NCBI RefSeq assembly: GCF_045037415.1
Contig: NZ_CP173438.1
Source: Escherichia coli
GTDB taxonomy: Bacteria > Pseudomonadota > Gammaproteobacteria > Enterobacterales > Enterobacteriaceae
Strand: one strand, 5' to 3'
DNA: 64,000 nucleotides
Position numbers and translations under genes: made by a program. The notes under the pieces were generated by a model. That model had not been told where the DNA came from. It worked only from the letters and a program-made list of their open reading frames with translations, and made no database searches. How positions within the stretch are numbered: the first letter of the stretch is position 1; each line of letters begins with the position of its first letter. Below, piece after piece: positions 28,384 through 38,846 of this stretch.

Positions 28384-29817
28384 ATGAAAGTAACGCTGCC
28401 AGAGTTTGAACGTGCAGGAGTGATGGTGGTTGGTGATGTGATGCTGGATCGTTACTGGTACGGTCCCACCAGCCGTATCTCGCCGGAAGCGCCGGTACCC
28501 GTGGTTAAAGTGAATACCATCGAAGAACGTCCGGGCGGCGCGGCTAACGTGGCGATGAATATCGCTTCTCTCGGTGCTAATGCACGCCTGGTCGGGTTGA
28601 CGGGCATTGACGATGCGGCGCGCGCGCTCAGTAAATCTCTGGCCGACGTCAACGTTAAATGCGACTTTGTTTCTGTACCGACGCATCCGACTATCACCAA
28701 ATTACGGGTACTTTCCCGTAACCAACAGCTGATCCGTCTGGATTTCGAAGAAGGTTTCGAAGGGGTTGATCCGCAGCCGCTGCACGAGCGGATTAATCAG
28801 GCACTGAGTTCGATTGGCGCGCTGGTGCTTTCTGACTACGCCAAAGGTGCGCTGGCAAGCGTACAGCAGATGATCCAACTGGCGCGTAAAGCGGGTGTTC
28901 CGGTGCTGATTGATCCAAAAGGTACCGATTTTGAGCGCTACCGCGGCGCTACGCTGTTAACGCCGAATCTCTCGGAATTTGAAGCTGTTGTCGGTAAATG
29001 TAAGACCGAAGAAGAGATTGTTGAGCGCGGCATGAAACTGATTGCCGATTACGAACTCTCGGCTCTGTTAGTGACCCGTTCCGAACAGGGTATGTCGCTG
29101 CTGCAACCGGGTAAAGCGCCGCTGCATATGCCAACCCAGGCGCAGGAAGTGTATGACGTTACCGGTGCGGGCGACACGGTGATTGGCGTCCTGGCGGCAA
29201 CGCTGGCAGCGGGTAATTCGCTGGAAGAAGCCTGCTTCTTTGCCAATGCGGCGGCTGGTGTGGTGGTCGGCAAACTGGGGACATCCACGGTTTCGCCGAT
29301 CGAGCTGGAAAACGCAGTACGTGGACGTGCAGATACCGGCTTTGGTGTGATGACCGAAGAGGAACTGAAGCTTGCTGTAGCGGCAGCGCGTAAACGCGGT
29401 GAAAAAGTGGTGATGACCAACGGTGTCTTTGACATCCTGCACGCCGGGCACGTCTCTTATCTGGCAAATGCCCGTAAACTGGGTGACCGTTTGATTGTCG
29501 CTGTGAACAGCGATGCCTCCACCAAACGGCTGAAAGGGGATTCCCGCCCCGTTAACCCGCTCGAACAGCGTATGATTGTGCTGGGCGCACTGGAAGCGGT
29601 CGACTGGGTGGTGTCGTTTGAAGAGGACACACCGCAGCGCTTGATCGCCGGGATCTTGCCAGATCTGCTGGTGAAAGGCGGCGACTATAAACCAGAAGAG
29701 ATTGCCGGGAGTAAAGAAGTCTGGGCCAACGGTGGCGAAGTGCTGGTGCTCAACTTTGAAGACGGTTGCTCGACGACCAACATCATCAAGAAGATCCAAC
29801 TGGATAAAAAAGGCTAA
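28384..29817 (+). CDS. hldE: Bifunctional D-beta-D-heptose 7-phosphate kinase / heptose 1-phosphate adenylyltransferase
   Basis: 477-aa [44 protein letters not shown]... Confidence 0.98.
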   Translation: MKVTLPEFERAGVMVVGDVMLDRYWYGPTSRISPEAPVPVVKVNTIEERPGGAANVAMNIASLGANARLVGLTGIDDAARALSKSLADVNVKCDFVSVPTHPTITKLRVLSRNQQLIRLDFEEGFEGVDPQPLHERINQALSSIGALVLSDYAKGALASVQQMIQLARKAGVPVLIDPKGTDFERYRGATLLTPNLSEFEAVVGKCKTEEEIVERGMKLIADYELSALLVTRSEQGMSLLQPGKAPLHMPTQAQEVYDVTGAGDTVIGVLAATLAAGNSLEEACFFANAAAGVVVGKLGTSTVSPIELENAVRGRADTGFGVMTEEELKLAVAAARKRGEKVVMTNGVFDILHAGHVSYLANARKLGDRLIVAVNSDASTKRLKGDSRPVNPLEQRMIVLGALEAVDWVVSFEEDTPQRLIAGILPDLLVKGGDYKPEEIAGSKEVWANGGEVLVLNFEDGCSTTNIIKKIQLDKKG

Positions 29818-29896
29818 CTGGAAAGCGGTTCACAGATCTCGCTTCGTAGCAGGCAGGTCTATTGACGCTGTTGTTTTTTCAACCTAAAGTAAAGGA

Positions 29897-30045
29897 ACAA
29901 GGGTAAGGGAGGATTTCTCCCCCCTCTGATGAGTTGTTAGTAAGTCGGGAAACTTAACAGTAACAACACAACCAGTATGATGACGAACTTCATCATAACC
30001 CTTTCCTTCTATAAGGCCCCTTCCTCGGGAGGGGCTTTCCCGTTT
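29897..30045 (+). ncRNA. Sib-family antisense sRNA (type I antitoxin), single copy; ends approximate
   Basis: Candidate promoter TTGACG (29862-29867), 17-nt spacer, TAAAGT (29885-29890). The transcript would fully cover the ibs ORF on the opposite strand and end at hairpin GCCCCTTCCTCGGGAGGGGC plus a T-rich tail near 30016-30045. Location (hldE-yqiK spacer) matches remembered sibD/sibE. Confidence 0.7.
29937..29996 (-). CDS. Ibs-family 19-aa hydrophobic type I toxin (MMKFVIILVVLLLLSFPTY)
   Basis: Too short for the ORF track. Revcomp reads ATGATGAAGTTCGTCATCATACTGGTTGTGTTGTTACTGTTAAGTTTCCCGACTTACTAA, with SD GGAAAGGG upstream. Resembles remembered IbsD/IbsE. Confidence 0.8.
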   Translation of the reverse strand: MMKFVIILVVLLLLSFPTY

Positions 30046-30186
30046 CAGCCCCTTGCTGACTCCCCGATTGTTGATGAGCGCCGGACCCCGCGCAACGCTT
30101 TCCCAGAGGCAGTTTTGCCTTCCCCGAGCAGTCACGCAAAATGCTGCAACAGCCTGATCATTTGCACCTTTTAGCGGAACGCAGAT

Positions 30187-30220
30187 ATAAAAAATCCCCG
30201 GCTTTTTGGGCCAGGGATTA
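30187..30220 (-). terminator. Intrinsic terminator of yqiJK
   Basis: The minus strand reads AATCCCTGGCCCAAAAAGCCGGGGATTTTTT, beginning about 15 nt after the yqiK stop. Confidence 0.7.
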
Positions 30221-30235
30221 TTCATAGAAGAGGGT

Positions 30236-31897
30236 TTACTCTGCTTTTTCTTCGACGGGAGTTGTTGAGCTTAAGGATGAAGTCAATGCCGCCAGTGAGC
30301 CGCCTGAAACGCCAATTTCATTGAGCAAGGAGTCAATCAGCGGTGCCTGTGTGCGGTAAGAGAGTGCGGCTGATAACGCTTGTTCTGCCAGGTTTCCGCC
30401 CCCCACATTACCCGTGTTTGCATCACCCGTAGCGCCGCCACGATTCAGACCATCGACCTGAATAATTTTGATGCCGTCGATAGACTTCATAGGCTCAACG
30501 GATTTCTCAATTACCGCAGGCAGCGCCTGCAATAATGCCAGTTTGAATTTAAGGCTGGTTTGTTCATCAGAAAGTACGTTGATAGCATCGTTCAGCGCAC
30601 GTTGTGCTTCTGCTTCCGCCAGACCCTTTTTACGTGTAGCTTCGGCTAACTCAACGATAGCCGCCGCCTGCATTTCTGCGGCTTCTTTTTCTGCTTTCGC
30701 CCGCACGGTCAGTTCAACCGCTTTGGTTTCTGCATCCTGCGCTGCGGCGATCAACGCCACTTGTTTAGCACGATCGGCTTCGGCAGTCTGGCGAGTGGTT
30801 TCTACGTTTTGTTGGGCGCTTACTGCTTCTGCGAGTGCAAGGTTAGCACGCGCTTCTGCCTGGGACTGTTGTTCCGATTTGGCGGCAATAGCGATCGATT
30901 TCGTCTGGTTAGCGATTTCGGTGACCTGCTGCTGTTCGATCTCTTTAATGCGAACTTCACGTTCGGCCTCAACCTTTCTTGAGCGGACGGCCTGTTCGCG
31001 GTCGATTTCCGTTTCCTGAATCTGTCGTTCAGCCAGAATTCGCGTCTGCTCTGCTTCACGACGACGTTCAGCTTCAAAAGCCGCAATTTTCGCATTCTGC
31101 TCAGCGGTACGGGTTTTAACCTGCTGCTCCTGCTCAAGCGTCATAAACGCTTCTTGTTGTTCAATCTCCAACTTGCGCGAAAGTGCATCACGGTTTTTCT
31201 CACGCACTGCGACTTCCACATCCTGTTCAACTTCGTTACGTTCGCGACGACGGCGCTCCGTCTCCTGAGTCAGTTTGGTTAAACCTTCGGCGTCAAAGGC
31301 ATTGTTCGGATTGAAATGTTCTTTCGAGGTCTGGTTAAAGTTGGTAAGTGAAACGCTTTCCAGTTCCAGGCCATTTTTCGACAGATCTTCAGCTACGGTA
31401 TTTTGTACTCCCTGCACGAAGTTCTCGCGGGTATCCTGTAACTCATGCATGGTCATTTGTGCCGCTGTTGCACGGAGGGCATCGACAAATTTATCTTCCA
31501 CCAGCATACGTAAGTCTTCAGGCGACAGGGTGCGTTGCCCCAGCGTCTGGGCGGCGGTGGCAATCCCTTCTACTGAAGGTTTTACCCGCACAAAGAAAGC
31601 AACCACGACATCGACGCGCATACGATCTTTCGTAATCAGGCTATCAATGGTTGAGCGGCTGACTTCCAGCTTCAGGGTATTCATATTGATGGGAATTATT
31701 TCATGAAAGATCGGCATCACGATTGCGCCACCGCTCATCACCACTTTTTGCCCACTTAAACCAGTACGAACAAATGCTTGCTCTGCCGAAGCGCGACGAT
31801 AGAGCCTGGCGAAAATAATTCCAATAATAAACAGAATGCATACGGCGATAATCGCGGTAAACATCCAGGAGGGCACAGAATTAACGATATCATCCAT
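30236..31897 (-). CDS. yqiK: Flotillin-like SPFH/band-7 membrane protein
   Basis: 553-aa ORF with an N-terminal TM, an SPFH domain, and a long Ala/Glu/Gln-rich coiled coil. Confidence 0.92.
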   Translation of the reverse strand: MDDIVNSVPSWMFTAIIAVCILFIIGIIFARLYRRASAEQAFVRTGLSGQKVVMSGGAIVMPIFHEIIPINMNTLKLEVSRSTIDSLITKDRMRVDVVVAFFVRVKPSVEGIATAAQTLGQRTLSPEDLRMLVEDKFVDALRATAAQMTMHELQDTRENFVQGVQNTVAEDLSKNGLELESVSLTNFNQTSKEHFNPNNAFDAEGLTKLTQETERRRRERNEVEQDVEVAVREKNRDALSRKLEIEQQEAFMTLEQEQQVKTRTAEQNAKIAAFEAERRREAEQTRILAERQIQETEIDREQAVRSRKVEAEREVRIKEIEQQQVTEIANQTKSIAIAAKSEQQSQAEARANLALAEAVSAQQNVETTRQTAEADRAKQVALIAAAQDAETKAVELTVRAKAEKEAAEMQAAAIVELAEATRKKGLAEAEAQRALNDAINVLSDEQTSLKFKLALLQALPAVIEKSVEPMKSIDGIKIIQVDGLNRGGATGDANTGNVGGGNLAEQALSAALSYRTQAPLIDSLLNEIGVSGGSLAALTSSLSSTTPVEEKAE

Positions 31898-31923
31898 TAT
31901 TAAATTTCCTTTTGATTAATAAA

Positions 31924-32553
31924 TCACAATATCTGGGGCCAGGGATTATTTTCCGCCAAATATCGCGTTGCAGAAAGTCGGCAAATAATTAACACTTTGT
32001 CTCCTTTAGTGAAAGTTTTTCCTTCTTCAGGCTCCAGTAGCAAATAATGTATTTGGCCAAATTGATCGGTGAGTTTTCCTTCGCAGGGGTTACCTGAAGT
32101 GGCTTGATGGCCGGTAATTAATGCCATGCTACCAACATATTCTTCTTCTGTAATAGCTGAACTATGGTCGCGTGGAATCCAGGGTGCAACGACTTTACCG
32201 GTATAATGCACTGCAATAATTGTAAACAGTAAACTGACAGGAACCACGAACAGGTTGGGGAGTGGTGATTGCCAGAGCGTAACGCAGGCATGTTGCAACA
32301 GGATGCCAATAAGACCAAAAAAACCAGCGAGTAAGCAGAGGACGACGAGAGCTGGCAATCTTCCAATATTGAGATAATGAAGTGCCTGGCTAATATGACC
32401 TGTGGTTATGGAATCATAATGGTCAAGATGTGCATCAAGAGCACCGGAGAGCATGTGACCGCAGATAAGTGCAAAAATTTCTAAAAGGCCGATCAAGAGT
32501 ACAAAGGAAATAGCGAAAAGATAAGGGGTGTTATAGTCGGCGAATAAAATCAT
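31924..32553 (-). CDS. yqiJ: NfeD-like inner membrane protein partnered with YqiK
   Basis: 209-aa ORF with several TM helices and a C-terminal OB-like domain, directly upstream of yqiK. Confidence 0.9.
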   Translation of the reverse strand: MILFADYNTPYLFAISFVLLIGLLEIFALICGHMLSGALDAHLDHYDSITTGHISQALHYLNIGRLPALVVLCLLAGFFGLIGILLQHACVTLWQSPLPNLFVVPVSLLFTIIAVHYTGKVVAPWIPRDHSSAITEEEYVGSMALITGHQATSGNPCEGKLTDQFGQIHYLLLEPEEGKTFTKGDKVLIICRLSATRYLAENNPWPQIL

Positions 32554-32822
32554 ATGTCACTCCAATGTCCATTTAGTGACGCAATATTTACTTTGGAATA
32601 GTTTCCTTGATTACTTTTATCTTTGTTAATAATAACACATGTTTGAGAAGTTCTGGAAGAGAAAGTCTTTTAATATGGTTTTTTTATTTTTCACTAAAAA
32701 GTGTGATCGGGGACAATATATTTACGCACGTTATGTTTAAAGGCACTACACTAATTGGGGAATACTGAAATCAGAAAAAGCATATGGCCTTAAAAGGTAT
32801 GCAATAACCGGAGGATGTGCTT

Positions 32823-33023
32823 ATGGATCATAGTCTTAATTCTTTAAATAATTTCGATTTTCTCGCGCGTAGTTTTGCCAGAATGCACGCAGAAGGTCGC
32901 CCGGTCGATATTCTGGCCGTTACTGGTAACATGGATGAAGAACATAGAACCTGGTTTTGCGCACGTTATGCCTGGTATTGCCAACAGATGATGCAAACCA
33001 GAGAACTTGAATTAGAACACTGA
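32823..33023 (+). CDS. glgS: Surface-composition / glycogen-accumulation regulator GlgS
   Basis: The track starts at GTG 32817. ATG 32823 gives the 66-aa [66 protein letters not shown]. Confidence 0.95.
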
Positions 33024-33027
33024 TATT

Positions 33028-33049
33028 ACGGGCCGTCTGGCCCGTTTTT
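33028..33049 (+). terminator. glgS intrinsic terminator
   Basis: ACGGGCC-GTCT-GGCCCGT followed by TTTT, 5 nt after the glgS stop and 9 nt before the ubiK stop on the other strand. Confidence 0.75.
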
Positions 33050-33057
33050 GTGGTGCT

Positions 33058-33357
33058 TTATTCTGCTTTATCAACTGGCGGGATAGCCGGAGGAGATTGA
33101 AGTTCTGCTGCCGGATTATTGCGCGCTTCCAGTTCGCTGATGCGCTGCTCCAGTAACGCCAGTTTTTCACGAGTCCGTAACAGGACTTGCGTCTGAACGT
33201 CGAATTCTTCGCGGCTTACCAGATCGAGACGCGTCAGCTGCGCTTGTAGGGTTTGGCGGATTTTTTTCTCCACATCTTCCCCGAACTCCCTGATTCCTTT
33301 AGGCATTGATTCGTGAACCTGGCGAGCGATTTGCTCAATTTTTTTCGGGTCAATCAT
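33058..33357 (-). CDS. ubiK: Ubiquinone biosynthesis accessory factor (BMFP coiled-coil family)
   Basis: The track ORF (119 aa) starts at 33417. The remembered protein [32 protein letters not shown]... starts at ATG 33357, with SD AGGGAAAC upstream. Confidence 0.9.
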   Translation of the reverse strand: MIDPKKIEQIARQVHESMPKGIREFGEDVEKKIRQTLQAQLTRLDLVSREEFDVQTQVLLRTREKLALLEQRISELEARNNPAAELQSPPAIPPVDKAE

Positions 33358-33443
33358 TGTAGTTTCCCTGTACTGATAGGTGTTGAGTGCCATTGTAGTG
33401 CGATAAGGGTAAGTCATAAACCAGAATTATGTGAAGCTATGCG

Positions 33444-33472
33444 TTGCTGGCGCTAATCATTAGCGTTATAGT
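33444..33472 (+). promoter_or_regulatory. Sigma-70 promoter of the ribB leader
   Basis: TTGCTG, 17-nt spacer, TATAGT, immediately upstream of the FMN aptamer. Confidence 0.6.
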
Positions 33473-33478
33473 GAATCC

Positions 33479-33730
33479 GCTTATTCTCAGGGCGGGGCGA
33501 AATTCCCCACCGGCGGTAAATCAACTCAGTTGAAAGCCCGCGAGCGCTTTGGGTGCGAACTCAAAGGACAGCAGATCCGGTGTAATTCCGGGGCCGACGG
33601 TTAGAGTCCGGATGGGAGAGAGTAACGATTCTGTCGGGCATGGACCCGCTCACGTTATTTTGGCTATATGCCGCCACTCCTAAGACTGCCCTGATTCTGG
33701 TAACCATAATTTTAGTGAGGTTTTTTTACC
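33479..33730 (+). ncRNA. sroG: FMN riboswitch (RFN element, aptamer about 33479-33625) plus expression platform of ribB (sroG)
   Basis: Conserved RFN blocks: TTCTCAGGGCGGGGCGAAATTCCCCACCGGCGGTAA ... AGCCCGCGAGCGC ... GGACAGCAGATCCGGTGTAATTCCGGGGCCGACGGTTAGAGTCCGGATGGGAGAGAG. Confidence 0.93.
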
Positions 33731-34384
33731 ATGAATCAGACGCTACTTTCCTCTTTTGGTACGCCTTTCGAACGTGTTGAAAATGCACTGGCTGCGCTGC
33801 GTGAAGGACGCGGTGTGATGGTGCTTGATGATGAAGACCGTGAAAACGAAGGCGATATGATCTTCCCGGCAGAAACCATGACCGTTGAGCAGATGGCGCT
33901 GACCATTCGCCACGGGAGTGGTATTGTTTGCCTGTGCATTACTGACGATCGCCGTAAACAACTCGATCTGCCAATGATGGTAGAAAATAACACCAGCGCC
34001 TATGGCACCGGTTTTACCGTGACCATTGAAGCAGCTGAAGGTGTGACTACCGGTGTTTCTGCCGCTGACCGTATTACGACCGTTCGCGCAGCGATTGCCG
34101 ATGGCGCAAAACCTTCAGATCTGAATCGCCCAGGCCACGTTTTCCCACTTCGCGCGCAGGCAGGTGGTGTACTGACGCGTGGCGGTCATACTGAAGCGAC
34201 TATCGATCTGATGACGCTGGCAGGCTTTAAACCAGCTGGTGTGCTGTGTGAGCTGACTAATGACGATGGCACGATGGCGCGTGCACCAGAGTGCATTGAG
34301 TTTGCGAATAAACACAATATGGCGCTCGTGACTATTGAAGACCTGGTGGCATACCGTCAGGCACATGAGCGTAAAGCCAGCTAA
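33731..34384 (+). CDS. ribB: 3,4-dihydroxy-2-butanone-4-phosphate synthase
   Basis: 217-aa [51 protein letters not shown]... Confidence 0.98.
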
Positions 34385-34405
34385 TGACGTGAAATACTAA
34401 ATATG

Positions 34406-34432
34406 AAAATGCCGGGGTGTTCCCGGCATTTT
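34406..34432. terminator. Bidirectional terminator shared by ribB and yqiI
   Basis: AAAATGCCGGG-GTGTT-CCCGGCATTTT, an 11-bp stem whose A and T runs serve both strands. Only 53 nt separate the two stops. Confidence 0.8.
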
Positions 34433-34437
34433 GCTGT

Positions 34438-35487
34438 TCAGTTATAGTTTATTTTTACGATGAGATCTTTTTTGAAAGGCCCATAAACGAGAGTCTCCCC
34501 CGGTTTTTGTGAAAGTTCAGCCTGGTAATCACGGGTAACCATCGCTCCAGTCTGACCTGGAATATATGTGGTGAAGCGTTTGTACTTATTAAACTTAATG
34601 TCTTCTTGTGTTTTTTGATCAGTAATACGCATTAACAAACCATTACCCATTTCCAGATGCGTATCATCATGTAACGTATCTGTCGTATAAAAACTGGTGA
34701 CAACATCAAATTGCTCGGTACAGTCGGCAGCAACATCTTTTATAGTAGATACGCTAAATGCAGCTTTGGGTCGATAAGTAGCAATAGAGTTTGCAGAGAT
34801 TTGCCCGAAATTAACGATCTGGCTTTCTGGAAAAATACGGACATCGACACTACAATCAAGAAATAAAATATTATTTAATCCATCAATAATATAACGTAGA
34901 TTTTTATTATCTGCTGCTAAGTTAGCACCACCTTCACCATCAAATTGCAGAACATTTACCACGCCAAAATCCCAGGTTTGATCCACTGCTGGACGTGCTT
35001 TAAATTTCACATATGCGCGAAAACGGGCATTAAACGTGACATTTTTTTGTAGGGTGCTGCCATTACAAACTGGATCATGATAAATACCACCATAATACTG
35101 TTCATACTTATCCAGACAGGCGAAAGTATCAATTCCTACATCGCTATCTTCATAGTCCACACCATTATAGGTTACACCGAATGTCAGGTATGGGTTATTC
35201 AAAATGTCTGCACTATTTATAGCCGGCATTTTAATCCAGGCATAAATATTTTCTGCGGGATCATCAGCTCTCCATCCTGTCGCGTTATCACAATATACCG
35301 TAACATTAACGTCATCGCTTTCCCAAATTTTTTGTCCCGGCTGGGCGTTTTCTGGAATTCTGAAGGAAGGTAAAGTACCACGTATTTGTGTATTACCACC
35401 TCTTTGATCCTGATAGCAATTTACAGCATAAACTGAAACGTTATAAAAAAGGCAAAGAATCGCCAGTAAACGGAAAAGCGTAATCAT
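34438..35487 (-). CDS. yqiI: Fimbrial tip adhesin-like protein of the Yqi chaperone-usher system
   Basis: 349-aa ORF with a signal peptide; last gene of the operon. C-terminal pilin-like strand ...LIVKINYN. Confidence 0.85.
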   Translation of the reverse strand: MITLFRLLAILCLFYNVSVYAVNCYQDQRGGNTQIRGTLPSFRIPENAQPGQKIWESDDVNVTVYCDNATGWRADDPAENIYAWIKMPAINSADILNNPYLTFGVTYNGVDYEDSDVGIDTFACLDKYEQYYGGIYHDPVCNGSTLQKNVTFNARFRAYVKFKARPAVDQTWDFGVVNVLQFDGEGGANLAADNKNLRYIIDGLNNILFLDCSVDVRIFPESQIVNFGQISANSIATYRPKAAFSVSTIKDVAADCTEQFDVVTSFYTTDTLHDDTHLEMGNGLLMRITDQKTQEDIKFNKYKRFTTYIPGQTGAMVTRDYQAELSQKPGETLVYGPFKKDLIVKINYN

Positions 35488-36233
35488 ATTTTTCCCTTCT
35501 TAGCAGGAGAGCTTTGGCAGAGGGATTGGACGGAATTACATTCGACTTTAAACATCTCCAGTCCACCATAGTCAGCAACAAAGCCTAACTGGAAAGTTGA
35601 GGGCAAGTTGTTCAAGTATTGAGTTGCAGAAGCAAACGGAGTCACCATAATGCTGTCTGCACCGGGCATCAGTGTCTTGCCGTTAGTACCGATATACCCG
35701 ACGGTGATGTGATAAGGCGTTGGATTATTGAGTGTCAGCCCTGCAGCGGTCCGTGTTATTGTGACTTTTTGTAAAGGCACCATCTGCCCTTCTTTTAATT
35801 CGATTGCTTTCGGACGCCAGAATAATTTCAGTCGACTCTGCATGGCGATTTGCATCACATTCTGTTCTTTAGTGCGAGGCGGAATTTCCCGCACGTTATA
35901 GTAGAACAGCGTTTCTCTGTCCTGCGGTAAGTTGTTTAATGAGGCCAGCGCCATCAGGCGAATTTGTACCTGTTCATCCGGCTCAATACGTTCCATCGGC
36001 GGCAGTGTTGATATGTAACCACGCGTTTTTTTACCGCTGGCATCTTCAATCCACGACTGAGCCAGATAGGGATCGATTTTACTTTGGTTAGTCAGACGGA
36101 CCGTTGCGCTTTTATTCGAAGCATTAAAAATGATACGTGTCCTGTCGGGGGAGACAGTCGCCTGGGCAAAATTGCAGATCCCCAGTAAACAAATCATTCC
36201 TGTTGTGATTAATGGTGATTTCATTATATTCAT
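35484..36233 (-). CDS. yqiH: Periplasmic fimbrial chaperone (PapD family)
   Basis: 249-aa ORF with a signal peptide and the PapD-like motif ...RIIFNASNKSATVRLTNQS...LFYYNVREIPP; overlaps the yqiI start. Confidence 0.9.
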   Translation of the reverse strand: MNIMKSPLITTGMICLLGICNFAQATVSPDRTRIIFNASNKSATVRLTNQSKIDPYLAQSWIEDASGKKTRGYISTLPPMERIEPDEQVQIRLMALASLNNLPQDRETLFYYNVREIPPRTKEQNVMQIAMQSRLKLFWRPKAIELKEGQMVPLQKVTITRTAAGLTLNNPTPYHITVGYIGTNGKTLMPGADSIMVTPFASATQYLNNLPSTFQLGFVADYGGLEMFKVECNSVQSLCQSSPAKKGKI

Positions 36234-36239
36234 CCTGAA

Positions 36240-38762
36240 TTATTTGACTGTTTTACAAGGTAAAATTATTGCGCTTTCGCTAATGTTACTTTGGTTTGGC
36301 GGCGTGACTTCACAGGTATTATCACCCCAGGTTAAATGCAGAATACTGTTTTCCTGAATACCGCTGAGATAAACGAAGCCGTCTTCCGCGACCAGGCCCA
36401 CATCTTTACCTGTCGCTTTATCCGTGACATTCACACCTAGTGGAGGGAAGCGGCCATTTTCCTGACGAATAACGCCGACGATTTGGTATCCGGTGGTGGC
36501 ATTCAGTTTTGCGTAGCCGATGGCACCCTGGGTGAGCGTAGTACGAATAACCGAGTTTTCGACATCGACACCTTCTGGCAGATCGTTATTGTTCACCCGC
36601 AACATGGAGGTGGTGTAGTTCGATAACGAAGGTACAACGGCAATGCCCAGCCCGTTGGTAACAGTTCGGTTAGAGTTGATTTCAACGCCGGAGATGCCGT
36701 CGGTATCGACCATCATGCGGGCGTTATCAGCATAGCTATAATCGTGAAGGGCGACACCATGACGTGTAGCGGTAAGTGAACCGTACCAGCCTGCGGTAAC
36801 AGAATTGTACTGATTCGGCTGTACACTGCCGTTAATGTTCAGACGTCCCCACGGTGAATAGTGCTGGTAGCTGCCGCGCAGTGTTGGTTCGCCATCACGT
36901 ATATTGTCGTCCGTTGCCGACGCTGAAATATTCCAGATATTGTTGCGATCTGATGAATCGTACCAGGAAATCATCTGCGAAGTATTACTGCTTCCCGTAC
37001 GCTGCATACTGTAGGAGATGTTGCGGTTTTGTTGTAAAGGTAGAGAGAAAGAGAAGTAATATTGATTCTCTTCGTCGTCATCCCAGCGGATTCGACTTAC
37101 TGCCAGCGATGCAGAGATACCTTTGAAATCGCCAATATCAAAGTTTTTGCTTACAGATACGGAGTAGTTGGTATTGCTGGCGCTGTCCCAATAAGTATTG
37201 CGTGTAACGTTGAGATAAGAGTTTAATTCCAGTGTTTCAAAGTACTGGTTCAAGGAAATGACATAACTCTCTTTTTCATTATCAATTGACTCATCGCCAT
37301 TACGCGAGCTTAGGTACTCACTCATCGACACGTAATCTTTATCTGAGAAGCGATAACCCGCGAAGGTAATCTGACTACCTGTCGATTCGAAATGCTTTGC
37401 ATAGTTGAAGCGATAGCTGTAACCACGCAGATTGTCGCTATTTTGTTTCTGCAAAGACGCGTCTGCTCCGGTGACATCAAAAGAAAGCGAACCGAATTGG
37501 TTAAGATTAAAGCCAATACCGGTAGTGATAGCCTGATAATCATCAGCGGTGAACATGCCGCCACCATACAGCGACACATTGTTCAACCAGCCCCAGGAGG
37601 CTTCCGCCGTCCAGAAAAAGGGATTATTGATATCGTTATGCCCGACGGATGTCGGTTTTCCCAGCGACGTTTTATAGCGCACTTGCCCTTTACGGGTTAA
37701 ATAGGGAATGGATGCGGATCCAACCTGGAAGGTGCTGGTGCGGCCATCTTCTTCTTCCACTGTGACATCCAGCTGCCCCTGAAACGATTGCCCCAAATCA
37801 GAAATAGTAAAAGGGCCTGGCGCGACAGTGGTTTGATAAAGTACACGACCATTTTGTGCCACAGTTACTTTCGCGTTGGTCTGCGCGATGCCGGTAATTT
37901 GTGGCGCATAACCCTGTAAATCTGGCGGCAGCATGCTTTCATCACTTTCCAGCGATGCGCCAGTAAAGTGGAAGGTATCGTAAAGATTGGAGCTCAGGTC
38001 GTACTGGCCCATAGTGAATTTTGACGACCAGGAGGGGATAGGGCGAAACAGATAAGTTCGCGCAAATTCGCTGTCGCGGTTTACCGAGCGTCCATCAGCA
38101 AAATTCTGATTATATTGGTAATCGCTACGTAAGCGCCATGCGCCGAGGTTAAAGCCTAACGTACCATAGGAGCTGACGTTTTGGGTGCTGTCTCCATGAT
38201 GTGGGGCATATTGGCTGGCGTACACATTGTAATCAAGGATAAACCCGGCGATACCGGTATCCCAAAACTCTGGTGGCGTCCAGTTTGTTGCCTGGTATTT
38301 TAACCACGCCTGGGGAACACTTAGCGATAATATCATCGTAGCTTTATCAAGCCGTGTCGTTAACTCCTGACGTTGGCTTAAATCGAGACATTCTCTGCCA
38401 GCTATGGTTTGCAATGATTCAATAAATTCCGTATTAAGACCGAAACTAGTCAGATCTTCTTTGGTTAAGCAGAGTAACGAACCACTTTCATTATCGGCTT
38501 TTACCCATTCCAGTATTAACGCTTGTGGCAACATATTTTTATTTATTTGCACACGAGCGAGGTATCTGCCTGGGGGGATATAGCCTTTTTTCTCAAAACG
38601 AGAGATGTCGATATTCTCACGGTCTTCAACATCAATCATATCAACGTTGAATTCCACTGCATGGGCAGGTAAAACGAAGAGTAGCGAACACACTACGCCA
38701 GACAGGGCATTTTTAATTGCGTGGGATAATGTATCCCCGGTAAACGTGTTTTTATTGTTCAT
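36240..38762 (-). CDS. yqiG: Fimbrial outer-membrane usher, intact
   Basis: The track ORF runs 36240-38777 from a TTG. ATG 38762 gives MNNKNTFTGDTLSHAIKNAL... The frame is uninterrupted and usher-length (about 840 aa) with no IS element inside. Confidence 0.9.
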   Translation of the reverse strand: MNNKNTFTGDTLSHAIKNALSGVVCSLLFVLPAHAVEFNVDMIDVEDRENIDISRFEKKGYIPPGRYLARVQINKNMLPQALILEWVKADNESGSLLCLTKEDLTSFGLNTEFIESLQTIAGRECLDLSQRQELTTRLDKATMILSLSVPQAWLKYQATNWTPPEFWDTGIAGFILDYNVYASQYAPHHGDSTQNVSSYGTLGFNLGAWRLRSDYQYNQNFADGRSVNRDSEFARTYLFRPIPSWSSKFTMGQYDLSSNLYDTFHFTGASLESDESMLPPDLQGYAPQITGIAQTNAKVTVAQNGRVLYQTTVAPGPFTISDLGQSFQGQLDVTVEEEDGRTSTFQVGSASIPYLTRKGQVRYKTSLGKPTSVGHNDINNPFFWTAEASWGWLNNVSLYGGGMFTADDYQAITTGIGFNLNQFGSLSFDVTGADASLQKQNSDNLRGYSYRFNYAKHFESTGSQITFAGYRFSDKDYVSMSEYLSSRNGDESIDNEKESYVISLNQYFETLELNSYLNVTRNTYWDSASNTNYSVSVSKNFDIGDFKGISASLAVSRIRWDDDEENQYYFSFSLPLQQNRNISYSMQRTGSSNTSQMISWYDSSDRNNIWNISASATDDNIRDGEPTLRGSYQHYSPWGRLNINGSVQPNQYNSVTAGWYGSLTATRHGVALHDYSYADNARMMVDTDGISGVEINSNRTVTNGLGIAVVPSLSNYTTSMLRVNNNDLPEGVDVENSVIRTTLTQGAIGYAKLNATTGYQIVGVIRQENGRFPPLGVNVTDKATGKDVGLVAEDGFVYLSGIQENSILHLTWGDNTCEVTPPNQSNISESAIILPCKTVK

Positions 38763-38846
38763 AAAAATCCATTTCAAAAAAGACCCAAAGTTGCCGATGA
38801 CATATCATCGGCTTTACCGTCTGACGTTGTGCGTATTAATTGCCGC

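Noticed and set aside
29068-29799. 243-aa minus-strand ORF inside hldE (similar shadow ORFs occur inside glnE, parE, ygiB and tolC)
   Set aside because: They are antisense to confidently identified genes and lack an SD or recognisable motifs.
29884-30225. 113-aa (minus) and 65-aa (plus) ORFs in the hldE-yqiK spacer
   Set aside because: The region is explained by the ibs/Sib type I toxin-antitoxin unit and the yqiK terminator. The translations are Gly/Pro/Arg-rich with no domain logic.
30208-31950. 15-nt direct repeat GGGCCAGGGATTATT at 30208-30222 (yqiK terminator) and 31936-31950 (yqiJ 3-prime end)
   Set aside because: One or two exact 15-mer repeats are expected by chance in a 64-kb window, and nothing else around the copies is similar.
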